From Octopus sinensis (taxonomy: Eukaryota), in the NCBI RefSeq assembly GCF_006345805.1, contig NC_043002.1, positions 50,220,001-50,284,000 of the forward strand: a DNA stretch of 64,000 bases, read 5' to 3'. Positions 23,954-36,109 of this stretch are shown piece after piece; position 1 is the stretch's first letter, and the number at the start of each line of letters is the position of its first letter. The notes beneath the pieces are model-generated. The model worked only from the letters and a program-made list of their open reading frames with translations, ran no database searches and was not told the DNA's origin. The translations under genes were made by a program, and so were the position numbers.

Positions 23954-24174
23954 TCCTTCAGCATTTAAACCAGCCTTATCCAGCCCAGATATTCTATCTG
24001 TTTTAGGTTCAAGCTGACTGGTTCTGGCCTCTCACGCTTACTCCACAATGTCATTCTATAACTAAACAATGACATCATTAAAATCTGAAAGCTATGATAT
24101 TACGCTTCATTAATTCAAAATAATGTAAATTGAGTAAGCATTGCATTTGATAGAGTAACCCGAATAATGAAGGG
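23954..24174 (+). mobile_element. piggyBac-like MITE, full length
   Basis: TTAA at 23950-23953 and 24175-24178; terminal AAGGG. Confidence 0.8.
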
Positions 24175-24569
24175 TTAAACACACATACTCACTACATGCA
24201 CATGCACACTCATTAAATCTAGAATATTCACAAAGGCTGAAAAGGAATAAAGCATACATGTTCCACTAGATGTGTATTGTTAGTGCATACAATCAACAGG
24301 GCATGAATGAGCTGACAGGAAATGTGGGTCTAAGTGGAATCAGATGTTGTGTGCTGCAGAGAATTCTGCATTGCTTAGAGTATGTGACAATATATGTTGG
24401 CAGTGCTGAGTATTTCAAGTGGATAGAAATGTTAGTTTATGTATTTTCTTTTATGCCATCATCATCTTCATCATCATCATTTAATGTCCATTTTCCATGC
24501 TGGCAGGGGTGGTGTTGGATTTGTCTGTTTTCAGCCTCTTTACCTTCTACCTTTTTTACTGCTATTTAT

Positions 24570-24795
24570 CAGTGGTTCTCAGTGGAGATTCATATAAGAT
24601 TTTGCTGTTGGAGTTTATTTGCAATAAATTGGTTTATACTTTCACAATATACAAAATGTTTTAACAATGTTTTTATATAATTCTTAACAATACTTTAATC
24701 ATAAAAACAATTTTTTTTTAAACACCAAATAGCTATAAGGCTCCACTAGCTGGAATCAAAGTGGCCCATAGGCAAAAAATGGTTGAGAACCATTG
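24570..24795. mobile_element. hAT (Charlie-like) MITE
   Basis: CAGTGGTTCTCA ... GGTTGAGAACCATTG; 8-bp flanks CTATTTAT/CTCTATAT (6/8). Confidence 0.7.
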
Positions 24796-24844
24796 CTCTA
24801 TATCATGCATTTTCTCTCTCTCCTATCATTTGTTGAAATTCTTT

Positions 24845-24880
<36 letters not shown>

Positions 24881-25062
24881 ATCATTATTAGTATCCCTCA
24901 CTCGCTGTCTTTCTCATTACTCTCTTCTCTATCATACATTGTTGACACCTTGTTTTTTTTTATTTTCATTACTCTGACTTTTCCCATCACACTTCCTGCT
25001 GTTTTATATTCAATCTCTTTACCAACAAACAACATGTAGCTGTCTATCACTCACTCTCACTT

Positions 25063-25093
<31 letters not shown>

Positions 25094-26150
25094 TTCCTAT
25101 CACTCTTGTTCTCTTGTTATTGTCTCCTTTATTCCTCTTACCCCACTTTTCCCTCTCTCTCTCTCTTCTGTCTTTCTTGACCATATTACCTGCAACCTAC
25201 AACAGCAATGCAGAATAGAGAAAGAAAACTTTTGCTTTTTGCCAGAAATAATGTAACTTCCATAGTGCTGCTGCCATGGCAATTTGCCCCCATTGCACTT
25301 TGAATCTCACATTTTAGCAACTTGGAGGGATTTTCTTGCTAAGCTTCTCACTGATTGCTTTCTTGATGCTACTACTGATAATAACGAGGAGGAGATTTTA
25401 ATAATGAGTTTGTATTGGTGGTGATTGTAAATAGATAAAGAAAAGCATATCGATATTGATGGTGATGAATGGTCAAGGTTAGTCTAACTAGAAACACATT
25501 CCCTGTTGGTTAGCCTCAGCTGGAGCAGTCCAACTTTTGCACATATCAGATAATGCTTTATGTTGGGAGAACAGGAGAGACAGTTCTTGATGTCTTTTCT
25601 GTTGAGAGGTGACTAGAAACATTGATTATTAGTTTATTGCTGTTTACATTTCAGTGATGCCAATGATGCTGTTATTGTTGATAGTGATGACTATGATGAT
25701 GATGATGATGTTCGATATTTTTAGCCCCAAGTCAGTCTTGATTCTTCAAATGTGTGGTCACTGGCATTTCAAATATGACCAACCTGTTGGTTTTACAAAC
25801 ATTTATTTAGGAGTTTAAACTTTATTTAGGATTGCATTATTCCATGTGGCCTTCGTCTTCTGTGGTTTTTAAATGATAAAGTCTGATTTGGGAGAGAGAA
25901 TTGCCTATTAGATTTTGAGATCAATTTGGCACCAGACAAGGATTCAGGATTATTTTTCTTGTTTTTTAACTTCATTTTTAGTATTCTCGGTTGTGAAAGC
26001 AGTCGAGTTTATTTCAGATATTCTCATTTTAAAAATCATTTCCAGCTAATCATTGAGAGGACATTGGTGTTGCCTTGGCAGAGGTTTGTGCTCTCTAAGT
26101 GCGCATATTATTATTATTATTACTACTACTTTTATTATTTCTTCTTACAG

Positions 26151-26248
26151 GTGGTACATTGTTGGGAGGATATCTGTGTGGTGGTGATTTCCCTCAAGCA
26201 TTTGGTGCTCCCATTCTTGAAGCTCTGATTGTCATCAGCCTATAACCA
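26151..26248 (+). other. Candidate 98-nt exon of an unidentified transcript
   Basis: Acceptor TTTCTTCTTACAG|G and donor CCA|GTAAGT around non-repetitive sequence; no frame is open across the whole exon. Confidence 0.45.
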
Positions 26249-26360
26249 GTAAGTACTTTCCCATTTCTAAAAGACCGCTTGCAATTATTTTTTCTCTCGT
26301 TTTTGTTGTCCTTCTTATTCATTTCCCTCTCTCTCCCCCTTCCCCCTCTCTTTCTCCCTC

Positions 26361-26398
<38 letters not shown>

Positions 26399-26460
26399 GC
26401 AGCCAAATTGGGGAGCCTTATACTGATTAGTTTCCTGGTTCTCTAACCACAGATCCTTTG

Positions 26461-26667
26461 AGAAGTTGGTGTTTGTGGTTAAGAAGCTTGCTTTGCATCC
26501 ATGTAGTTTCTGGTTCAGTCCTACTGGATGGCACTTTGAGCATGTGTCTTCTATTATAACTCTTGGCTGACCAGTGACTTGTGAATAAATATGGTAGACG
26601 GAAACTGTGTTGTAGCTTATTGTGTCTATGTATGTGTATGTGCATGCATATATATGTATGTGCACAT

Positions 26668-26698
<31 letters not shown>

Positions 26699-26900
26699 AA
26701 ATTAGAGACAAAACCACTATATATATATACGTGTGTGTCACCATTCCCAACACTTGACAGCAGGTGGTTCAGCAAAGAGACTGCTAAAATGGGTACCAAA
26801 CTTAAAAGTAAGTGCTGTAGTGAATTTGTTCAACAAAATTTTCAGGGCAGTGCCCCAGCATGACCATGATTCAATAACCAAAACGAATAAAAGATAAAAG
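26461..26900 (+). mobile_element. SINE-A with expanded central microsatellite
   Basis: Head, body and tail match; about 110 bp of TG/TA-rich sequence at the central position. Confidence 0.85.
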
Positions 26901-27199
26901 ATCTATCATACTTTCTACTGTGGTCACTGAAATTGACCATACATCTCTCGGGAACAGCTTTTAGACATAGGCCAGTGAAGAGGTAAGGCGAGGTGTTCAG
27001 TAGGTATTAGGACTGTTTGGGCAACATCATACAAAATGTCTTCTGCTGGCTAGCTAGTTAGTTATGTTGCTCAGTTTAAGTTATGCTAATATTGACTCGG
27101 CATTTCATCTTTTCTGGGTCAATAGAATAAAAGCATCAGTCCAGTAGCACTGGGTGTGAATTTTGTCAACTATAATCCTGAACCAATTTTGAGGCCTGG

Positions 27200-27690
27200 T
27201 GACCATCATCATCATCATTTAACGTCTGCTTTCCATGCTGGCATGGGTTGGACAGTTCAACTGGGGTCTGGGAAGCCAGAAGGCAGCACCAGGCCCAGTC
27301 TGATCTGGCAGTGTTTCTACAGCTGGATGCCCTTCCTAACGCCAACCACTCCGTGAGTGTAGTGGGTGCTTTTTACGTGCCAGACGAGGCTGGCAAACAG
27401 ACACGATCAGATGGTGCTTTTTACGTGCCACCGGCATGGGGACCAGACGAAGCTGGCAACGGCCATGGTCGGATGGTGCTTTTTATGTGCAACCGGCATG
27501 GAGGCCAGTCAGGCGGCGCTGGCTACAGCCACGTTCGGATCATTCTCTTACGTGCCACCGGCACTGGTATCACAGCTACAAATTCCATTGATGTTGATAG
27601 ATTACGATTTTGATTTTGATTTTGATTTTCACTTGCCTCAACAGGTCTTCACAAGTGGAGTTTTGTGTCCGATGAAAGGGCTCAGAAAAT
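27200..27690 (-). mobile_element. RTE-type 3' UTR/tail with internal GGTGCTTTTTACGTGCCACCGG repeats
   Basis: (CAT)n tail, CTACAGCTGGATGCCCTTCCTAACGCC, four degenerate internal repeats. Confidence 0.8.
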
Positions 27691-27721
27691 ATTTCTATTA
27701 CTACTACTACTAATAATAATA

Positions 27722-28330
27722 ATTGTTTAAAATTTTGTCACAAGGGCAGCAATTTTGGGGGAGGGGATCAGTCGATTACATCAACCCCAGTGTTCAGCTG
27801 ATACTTATTTTATTGACTCCGAAAGGATGAAAGGTAAAGTAGACCTCGGCGGAATCTGAACTCAGAATGTAGCAACAGGCGAAATCCTGTTAAGCACTTC
27901 GTCCGGTGCGCTAACGATTCTGCCAGCTCGCCACCTTATTAATAATAATATTAATAAAAATTCAAATTTTGGCACAAGGCCAGCAAGATCAGTGTGGGGG
28001 GAATAAGTTAATTAAATTGACCACAGTATTCAACTAGTACTTGTTTTATTGACCCCCAGAAGGATGAAAAGTAAGGTCGATTTTGACAGAATTTGAACTC
28101 GGAACGTAAAGACAGACAAAATTCCACTATGCATTTTCCCTGGCATGCTAACAATTCTGCCTTCAATATAATAATAATAATAAGAAGAAGAAGAATGTTT
28201 CAGATTTTGGCACAAGGCCAGTAACTTTGGGGGTGGGTGTAGGTCAATTACATCAACCTTAGCGCTCAACTGGTACTTCAGAAAGGATGAAACCATTGTC
28301 AACTTCAGTGGAATTTGAACTCAGAACATA
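27722..28330 (-). mobile_element. Tandem array of three SINE-B copies
   Basis: Units about 27722-27938, 27960-28167 and 28198-28330, separated by (AAT)n. Confidence 0.88.
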
Positions 28331-28549
28331 CTTGTTTTTGGGTGGGTTTCTACAGCTGGATGCCCTTCTGTCTACCAAATCCACTCCCAAGGCTTTGTTT
28401 GGCCCTGGGACTATAATACCAGACATTTACCCAGGCTGCCACCCAGTGTGACTGAACCTGAGAACACATGGTTGGGAAACAAGCTTCTTAACCATACGGC
28501 CAGAACTGCTCCCGTTTTTGTGCCTTTGATTACAGGTCCTGCTCAATCT

Positions 28550-29260
28550 GGATTTTCTCCACGAGTTAAGCAATAATTGCTACTATTACTACTACCTCCA
28601 AGTATGACTATCACCTCTGTAATCACTATGGCAATTACTACAACACTGCTTATAGTCACTACTCCTCTAGAATCACTATCACAGATATTATTATTAACTA
28701 CTCTTACAATCACTACCAATATGATCTCCACTACTTTTATTATCACCACCTCCATAGCCAACACCAACACCATCACCACCTACAATCACTATCACAGTAG
28801 CTATAATGCTACTAACACCAGCACTGCCGTAGAAAGCACCACGACCACCTCTTAAATTTACTACCACGTTAACCATCACTACTAAATTACAAGTACTAGT
28901 ACTGCTACTACTACTACTACTAACAACAACAATTACCTCTACTAAATAATTGCTAATGCCGCCACTATACCACCATCACCGCCACCACCATTACACCATA
29001 ATCATCATCAGCATCGCTACCACCATCACCATCGGCTTCAGAAATACCGCCAACACCATCATTGCTATCACTAGCACCACCCCAATCACCATCATCATCA
29101 CTATCACTACACCCACCACTGCTGCCACCATCATCATCACTACAACCACCACCATCATCGCTACAACCACCACCACCATCATCACTGCTATCATCATCAT
29201 CATCATTGCTACCACTACTAACTCTAGTTTCACTATGGAGCATATAAAAATGGCGTTTAT
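28550..29260. repeat. Cryptic (CAC/CAT/TAC)n repeat
   Basis: Low-complexity trinucleotide tract; gives Thr/Ile/His pseudo-ORFs. Confidence 0.9.
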
Positions 29261-29669
29261 CTTTGCTTGATAAATTTATGGCTTTAGGATTGATTGATGG
29301 CCAGTGTGATGTGCTGGTGGTGGTGGTGTGTGACAGTGTAGTTGTGTGTTGTGCTCTGTGTGTGTGCGTACAGCGTAATGTGCTATATTGTATGTGTGTG
29401 AGTGTAGTATTGCGATGCTTGTGTGAGTGCATGTAGTTTTGTGTATTAGCACTGTGTGTGTGTGTATCTTTGCGTGTATATGTATTTGGGTTTTATCATG
29501 AGCTAGCGTATGCGTGTAGTGTGAGTGTACGGACGTGTGTATGTCATGTAAATTTGCGTTTGGTGTATGTTTATAAGTGTGTGTGGGTGGTGTGTGTGTT
29601 TGTATGACGATCTGTACAGACATGTGTATGTTGTGTGAGTTTTGTATTTGCTGTATGTTTGTATGTATG

Positions 29670-29702
<33 letters not shown>

Positions 29703-29703
<1 letters not shown>

Positions 29704-30300
29704 ATACATGTGTATGTGTTTGATGTATGTGTATACCTGGTGTATGTTGTGTGAATTTGTATTTGCTGTATGTTTGTATGTATGTATGTATATATATATA
29801 TGTGTGTGTGTGATACATGTGTATGTGTTTGATGTATGTGTATACCTGGTGTATGTTGTGTGAATTTGTATTTACTGTATGTTTGTATGTATGTATATAT
29901 ATATGTGTGTGTGTGATACATGTGTATGTGTTTGATGTATGTGTATACCTGGTGTATGTGTGTGAATTTGTATTTGCTGTATGTTGTATGTATGTATATA
30001 TATATATATGTGTGTGTGTGTGTGATACATGTGTATGTGTTTGATGTATGTGTATACCTGGTGTATGTTGTGTGAATTTGTATTGCTGTATGTTGTATGT
30101 ATGTATATATATATATGTGTGTGTGTGTGATACATGTGTATGTGTTTGATGTATGTGTATACCTGGTGTATGTTGTGTGAATTGTATTTGCTGTATGTTT
30201 GTATGTATGTATATATATATATGTGTGTGTGTGTGATACATGTGTATGTGTTTGATGTATGTGTATACCTGGTGTATGTTGTGTGAATTTGTATTTACTG
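29703..30300. repeat. Minisatellite of about 106-bp units
   Basis: GATACATG unit starts at 29703, 29812, 29915, 30024, 30129 and 30235. Confidence 0.95.
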
Positions 30301-30989
30301 TATGTTTGTAAATATGCGTATTCATGTAATATGTGTGTGCGTATGTGTTTGTATGACGATCTGTACAGACACATGTGTGTGTTGTCTGAGCTTTGTATTT
30401 GCTGTATGTATGTATGTATGTATGTATGTATGTATGTATGTATGTATGTGTGATACATGTGTATGTATGCTTGGTGTATGCAATTGTGTGTGGTGTATGT
30501 TGTGTGAATTTGTACTTACTGTATGTTTGTGAGTATGTGTATGCATGTGATATGTGTGCATGTGTGTTTGTATGATGATGTATGCTGTTGTGTGAGGTGT
30601 CTGCACGTGCAAGTGAGTCTGCATTGGCAGCATAGAATGAAGGGGACAGCTTATATTAGTGTATACATATGACATGTGCTGACTGCTCTGTTTTACATCT
30701 GGTTTGCGTGTGTCTGTGTGTTGTTGTTGTTGTGTAAAGTGGATTACTAGGTCAGTGTGTGTGTGTGTGTGTGTGTTATGTGAGAGTATATTTGTATAAA
30801 GGTAATATGGATGTGTGTCTGGTATTCCGTGTCTTAATACATAAGGTGTATCGAAACTGCTTTAGGTGTGTATGTGCGTGTGTGTGTGTGTGTGTGTGTC
30901 TGTATGTGTCTTGTAACTAATCCTGTCACTTGGAATAAATGAAAAATCCCATGTCTGACTTGTTTGAAATTGATCTGAAAAATGGTATA

Positions 30990-31560
30990 GTGCTGGTGGT
31001 GGCAGTGATTTTAATAATAATAATAATAATAATAATAATGTTGCTTGTCATAGTAGTTGTAAGTGTTATGATTGTGATGGTAGTGACGGCAGTGGTGGAA
31101 TAGTTTTTTTTTTTGGTAGTAGTGATCATAACAATCCTTGTAGTTGTTATAATGGTTGTGGTGGTTCTGGTTGTGTTGTGGTGGTGTCAGTATTTATGAG
31201 GATGAGGGTTATTGAAGTAGTAGCAGTATCCATTAGAGTATACTCTGTGGTGGCTGTGGTTGAGGCTGTAGTAGTAGTAGTAACAGTAGTGGTAGTGGTG
31301 CTGGTGGTCATGGAAGGAATAGCCATAGTGGTCGATACTATGAGTTAATACAGTAGTGGTGGTCAGTATAGTGCTTATTGTAGTAGTAGTGGTGGTGGTG
31401 GTAGTTGTAGTGATAGTGGTGGTGGTAGTAATAGTGATGGTGGTGGTAAGGATCATGACAGTTATATTGGTGATATGATACTTATTACTGTTGTAGATAG
31501 CATTGGTCATGGCAGGAGCGGTGAGGTTATTGTCATGGTGATGTTTGTTTTACAGTAGTT
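30990..31560. repeat. Cryptic (GTG/GTA/GAT)n repeat
   Basis: Low-complexity trinucleotide tract. Confidence 0.9.
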
Positions 31561-31719
31561 GTTCGTGTTACATTTTGACCCTAGATCAACCCTGACTGTT
31601 GCTGACCTATATATAGCCAAAAAGCTTTTTATACTTGTAACCATCTTGTCTTTTCTAGAAGCACTTGCTGCATCCATATCTACATCATCTAATGTGGTTT
31701 TTATCTTAATGACATTTGA

Positions 31720-32450
31720 CCCTTTAGCATTTAAACTGGCCATATTGGACCCAAATATTCAAATTGTTTTATGCTAAAACTATCGAGGTCTGGTCTTTCA
31801 TACCTACCCTGCAATGTCATTCTAAAAATAAACAATCACATCAAAGCTATGATTATTTCAAAATATCTCTAACTGTGGAGGGACCTGTGGAAGAAGATGT
31901 GGGACAAGGTGGTGAAGTATGATCTTTGGGTGTTGAGTTTCACAGAAGTGATGTCAAGTGATTAGGACCTCTGGTGATTTTCTGTGCTTGAGAAGACACT
32001 TTGAGCTAAGTGAAATCATAGTTGTGGCCTGTGCTGGTGACACATAAAAGGCACTCATGCTAGTGACATGTAAAATACACTCTGTACACTTGGTGGCGTG
32101 GTTGGCGTTAAGAAGGGCAGCCAACCATAGAAACCAAGCCAATACGGACTGGAACCTGGTACACTCTGTGGAGCGGTTAGCATTAGGAAGAGCATCTAGC
32201 CATAGAGACCAAGCCAATATGGACTGGAACCTGGTACCCTCTGTGGAGTGGTTGGCGTTAAGAAGGGCATCCAGCCATAGAAACCAAGCCAAAATAGACT
32301 GGATTCTGGTGCAGCTCTCAAGCTTACCAGCCCCAGTCAAACTGTCTTATCCATGCTAGCTTGGAAACACACACTAAATGATGAAAATGATGAATTTTTA
32401 CAAAACAATGCGAATAAATAAGCATTACATTTCGCATTGTAACCTGTTAA
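31720..32450 (+). mobile_element. piggyBac-like MITE interrupted by an RTE 3' end
   Basis: CCCTTTAGCATTTAAACTGG start; body to TTTCAAAA (31863); resumes CAAAACAATGCGAATAAATAAGCATTAC at 32401. Confidence 0.75.
31874..32393 (+). mobile_element. RTE LINE 3' end with a 3x75-bp internal tandem
   Basis: Translates as KMWDKVVKYDLWVLSFTEVMSSD*DLW*FSVLEKT; tandem units start at 32085, 32160 and 32235; (ATG)n tail. Confidence 0.8.
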
Positions 32451-33699
32451 GTAATCTGTTAAAGTAACACTTTACGCATAGTAAAGTGTTAAGGCAGATT
32501 GGGAGTATTCCAGGAACATACACACTGTAAATGCAGTTCGCACGCTGACTCAAGCTATACACAGTGTGCTTGTGGCAAAGCTGTACCTTTTAAATAACAG
32601 ATGCAATCCATCTGACTTACAGATGCAATTACAGATGCAACCCATCTATACAGCATCCATCCACCCATTCTCACTCACAAGTTAGAAGTCAGCCTGAGAC
32701 TGGTAGAAAGGAGTCTTTCTTGCCCAATATACTGTTCAGTGGGATTGAACCCCAGATGACATAGTTATGATGTTATCTTCTTAACCATTTGGCCATATTG
32801 TGCCGACTGTTTATAATAGTATATAATTTTGAAGCAAATGCAGCAGAGGTGCTCCAGTTCGATCAAATCTCCATGTGGTTTAAATGTACAGGCTTCCAAT
32901 ATTCAAGTAACTAGAAAGTTTCAACAGGAGGGCACCCAAGAGTTGTGACTTGAATGCTGCCTCCATCTCCTTAGAGTGTAATAAGTTATGGGTTGAAACC
33001 ATCTCCTGAGCTGGGGGATTCTTCTCTGAAGGGCCTCAACTGTTCAACTCACTTGAGAGTTTCTTACCACTAGTTATTGTGAGAAAAGAAAGGCAATATT
33101 CAATAAAGAGATTAAGCTGTTAGTTTTTGGAGGTTTAGTGACCTTGTGGAGGTACTCCCTGCCACCATTGATAGCTTGTTATAGTATTTGTATTGGTTGT
33201 TGTAGGTCGTAGTTGTTTTCATTGCAATGATGATGATGATGATGGTGGTAATGAGAGTGGTGGTGGTGGTTAGTGTTTTTGTGATAAGGATCATTATGGT
33301 ATTTATTACCGCAGTGGTGGGGGTGTCGTGGGTGGGCAGCGGAGGTAGTCATTGAGGTTGGTAGTGTTCATTGTAGTAGTGATGTTTATTTAGGAATTAT
33401 TGTGTTGCTAATTATAGTATAGCAATTGCTTTTGTTCTTAGTGGTAGAGGAGCTAGTAGTAGTCAGGATTGTTGTTGTTATAACTATTGTTTGTTTATTT
33501 AATTTTTTAATTTATTCTACTGATATTTTGATTCAGTCAAATGATAGGATTTGTTTATAAAAATATAAGAATAAAATCTAAAAGAAAAGATTTATTGTTG
33601 TTGTTGTTATAAATAGTTGTGAATGGGATCAATATAATCAACTTTACTTCCCCACCCCTCCTCTTTAATTTGTGGCTTTGTGTCTGTGTTATTTGAAAT

Positions 33700-33890
33700 C
33701 ATTATTTGAATTGTTAGTGCGTCAGATAAAATGCCTTGTGGCAGTTTCTTTTTATTCTCTATATGCTGAGTTCAAATGCCTCAGAGGTCATCTTTGCCTT
33801 GCCTATTTCTGTAGCCTTCCAAGTTAGAAAAATAATAATAATAAAAGTCCAGTACTAAGTTTAATTTAATTGACCCATTCCCCGAAAACT
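33700..33890 (+). mobile_element. SINE-B, diverged
   Basis: CTGAGTTCAAATGCCTCAGAGGTCATCTTTGCCTT. Confidence 0.65.
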
Positions 33891-34047
33891 TCTGGTTTTG
33901 TAGCTCAACGTCAACCAAGGCTTCATCACTTCCTGAAGGAGGAACTCCTCCTTGGACTCCTTCTACTCCTGTCTGTCTCTGGCTAGCCAAGCCCATGTAG
34001 GCCCTAGGTAGTGGATGAAATCACCTTGCCATCTTATCTTTGGTTAA

Positions 34048-34269
34048 CTCTTTAGCATTTAAACCGGCCATATCCGGCCAAAAATATTCTACCTGTTTTA
34101 TGTTCAAACTAGCCCTATCTGGTCTCTCACACCAACCCTACAATATTGTTTAAAAAATTTAACAGCTACCTCATCAAAATCTCATAGCTACAAAATAATG
34201 CATGATTAGTTCAAAACAATGTGGATGAAGAAGGATTAATTTTGGCAGAATAATGCGAACACTAAAGGG
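34048..34269 (+). mobile_element. piggyBac-like MITE, full length
   Basis: TTAA|CTCTTTAGCATT ... ACTAAAGGG|TTGA. Confidence 0.8.
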
Positions 34270-34322
34270 TTGACCTCTTGATCATGTCTATTGTCTTAGT
34301 ATCTATTCCATCCAAGAAAACC

Positions 34323-34478
34323 AATGCCTGGATTCATCAGCACATGAGAGTCAGTACACCATAGGAACAATCAAAGAGAACAAATATAGAAGGGCTGGCC
34401 ACATTGCTTGACTGAAGGACAACAGATGGACAGTCAAGGTGACAGGTTCTGTACCATAAAATTAGAAATAGTCAAGGG
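34323..34478 (+). pseudogene. RTE-clade ORF fragment, C-terminal to RT
   Basis: NAWIHQH..TIGTIKENKYRRAGHIA*LKDNRWTVKVT resembles the RTE motif KWRWAGHIAR..DNRWT. Confidence 0.75.
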
Positions 34479-34675
34479 CAGTGAATTGGTAGAATCCTGA
34501 GTATCAGAGAAAAAAACCTTGTGTTGTTCTCTACAGCTCTTTTTATGTTCTAAGTTGAAATCCTGTTGAGGTCAACTTGCCTTTCATCCCTTCAGGAGTC
34601 AATAAAATAAAGTACCAGTTAAGTACTGGGGTTGGAATAATCTCTATTCTCCTAAAATTACTGACTTTGTGCTCT
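34478..34675 (+). mobile_element. SINE-B
   Basis: GAGGTCAACTTGCCTTTCATCCCTTCAGGAGTCAATAAAATAAAGTACCAG. Confidence 0.75.
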
Positions 34676-35199
34676 GAGCATTTTTTGAGTTGAGTTATGT
34701 TGAAATGCTGTTGTTGCGTTGTTGGATAAATCTATCAACTGAGTCCATTCTGGTGGTTGCTCCATCGCCTACCTTTAACAGGGTAAGGCATGTTGAGTTC
34801 CTGTGTTTAATGACTGTGGCAAGTGAGATTATGTGGTTGACAAGACTGAAAGTGTTGAGGACAGGCATCTTCCTCCTTAGTCGAACCTAAGTTCCACTTG
34901 GAAAGGCAAGTGAAGGTGAAGAGTGAAGTGCTGTCTCTCGCTCACTCGCTCTTATTCTCTCTCTCTCTCTCTCTCAGTGACTCTTCTAGAGTGATGAAGC
35001 CCATGGCTAATTGTAGTAAAAAAGGCTTTATGTGAATGGACCTGCTCTAAGTATGCACCTGTAGATTGAAGAACAACAATTAGGGGATCACTTATGTCCT
35101 ATACTGGATCTGTGGGATTCCTTGATTAGCTCTAGGTGGAAATTCTCCCTCATCTGATATACTCCTGTGGCAAATAAGAGAAATCACCATCATTATTAA

Positions 35200-35410
35200 G
35201 GTGGCAGGCTGGCATATTCATTGGCACACTGGGCAACATGCTTAGTGGTATTTCATTTGTCTTTACATTCTGAGTTCAAATTTCACCCAAGTCAACTTTA
35301 CCTTTCATCCTTTCAGGCTTGCTAAAGTAAGTACCAGTTGAGCACAGGGGTCAGTGTAATTGACTTACCCCATCTTCCAAAATTGCTGGCCTTGTGCCAA
35401 AATTTGAACA
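35200..35410 (+). mobile_element. SINE-B
   Basis: Full head-to-tail similarity. Confidence 0.85.
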
Positions 35411-35419
35411 TATTAGCAA

Positions 35420-35960
35420 CTTCATTTGTCCTTACCTATTATTGTTATGTCTGGTCTATTATTTTCTAACTTCTTGTCCATTTGAATAGGAGAGTCCCAC
35501 AAAATCTTTAAATTCTCTGACTCCAGCACTTTTTCAACCTAATGTTCTCCAGCTTCAAATCCCCATTTCTGGCAAAGCTTCCAGTGTAAACTTTTATTAT
35601 TTTTATTATTTGGTCATGCTTCAATTTCTTATATTCTTCCTGTGCCAACTTGGGACATTCTGCAACAATGTGTGTCACTGTCTTCTTCCAAGTTTGTCAG
35701 ACTCTACGTTTTTCTGACACACTCTTCCCATATACATTTTCCCTCAAATTGTTTGTTTTTATCGTTTGATCCTCGGCTGTTACAATTTTGACTCTCTGTT
35801 TCTTTTTAATTGCCCTTTATTTTTTTTTTAGCTAAGTCCAGGATTTTGTTCCACATACATCTTCAGTGGCCCTCCAAAATTGACCATACAGAGATTTCTT
35901 ATCAATTTATCTAACATGCTCTCTTTAAAAGTCATACTTGTCCTTTTCTCTTATCCCATT
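35420..35960 (-). pseudogene. R4/Dong-clade non-LTR retrotransposon fragment (zinc knuckle and restriction-like endonuclease)
   Basis: Minus strand gives KSLYGQFW..., TVTHIVAECPKLAQEEYKKLKHDQ, LHWKLCQKW and EKVLESENLKILWDSPIQMDKKLENNRPDITII. Confidence 0.85.
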
Positions 35961-36019
35961 AGCTCTTTCTTACAATAAGTACATGTAAAGCAAAAATTTT
36001 TCAGGAATTCTTTAAAATA

Positions 36020-36109
36020 TTATTACGGATCCCCAATTTACTATTTTGCTTGCAAGGACCCCAACCCACAAAAATAAAATCTTATATGGATCCCGGCTGA
36101 GAACCACTG
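36020..36109. mobile_element. hAT MITE right end
   Basis: GGCTGAGAACCACTG|CTCTACAT. Confidence 0.55.

Noticed and set aside
29703-30300. Regularly spaced repeats suggesting a CRISPR array
   Set aside because: Whole units repeat without unique spacers, there are no cas genes, and the context is eukaryotic.
29276-30458. 349-aa and 295-aa His/Thr/Ile/Tyr ORFs
   Set aside because: They are translations of the 106-bp minisatellite; several frames on both strands are open and there is no domain.
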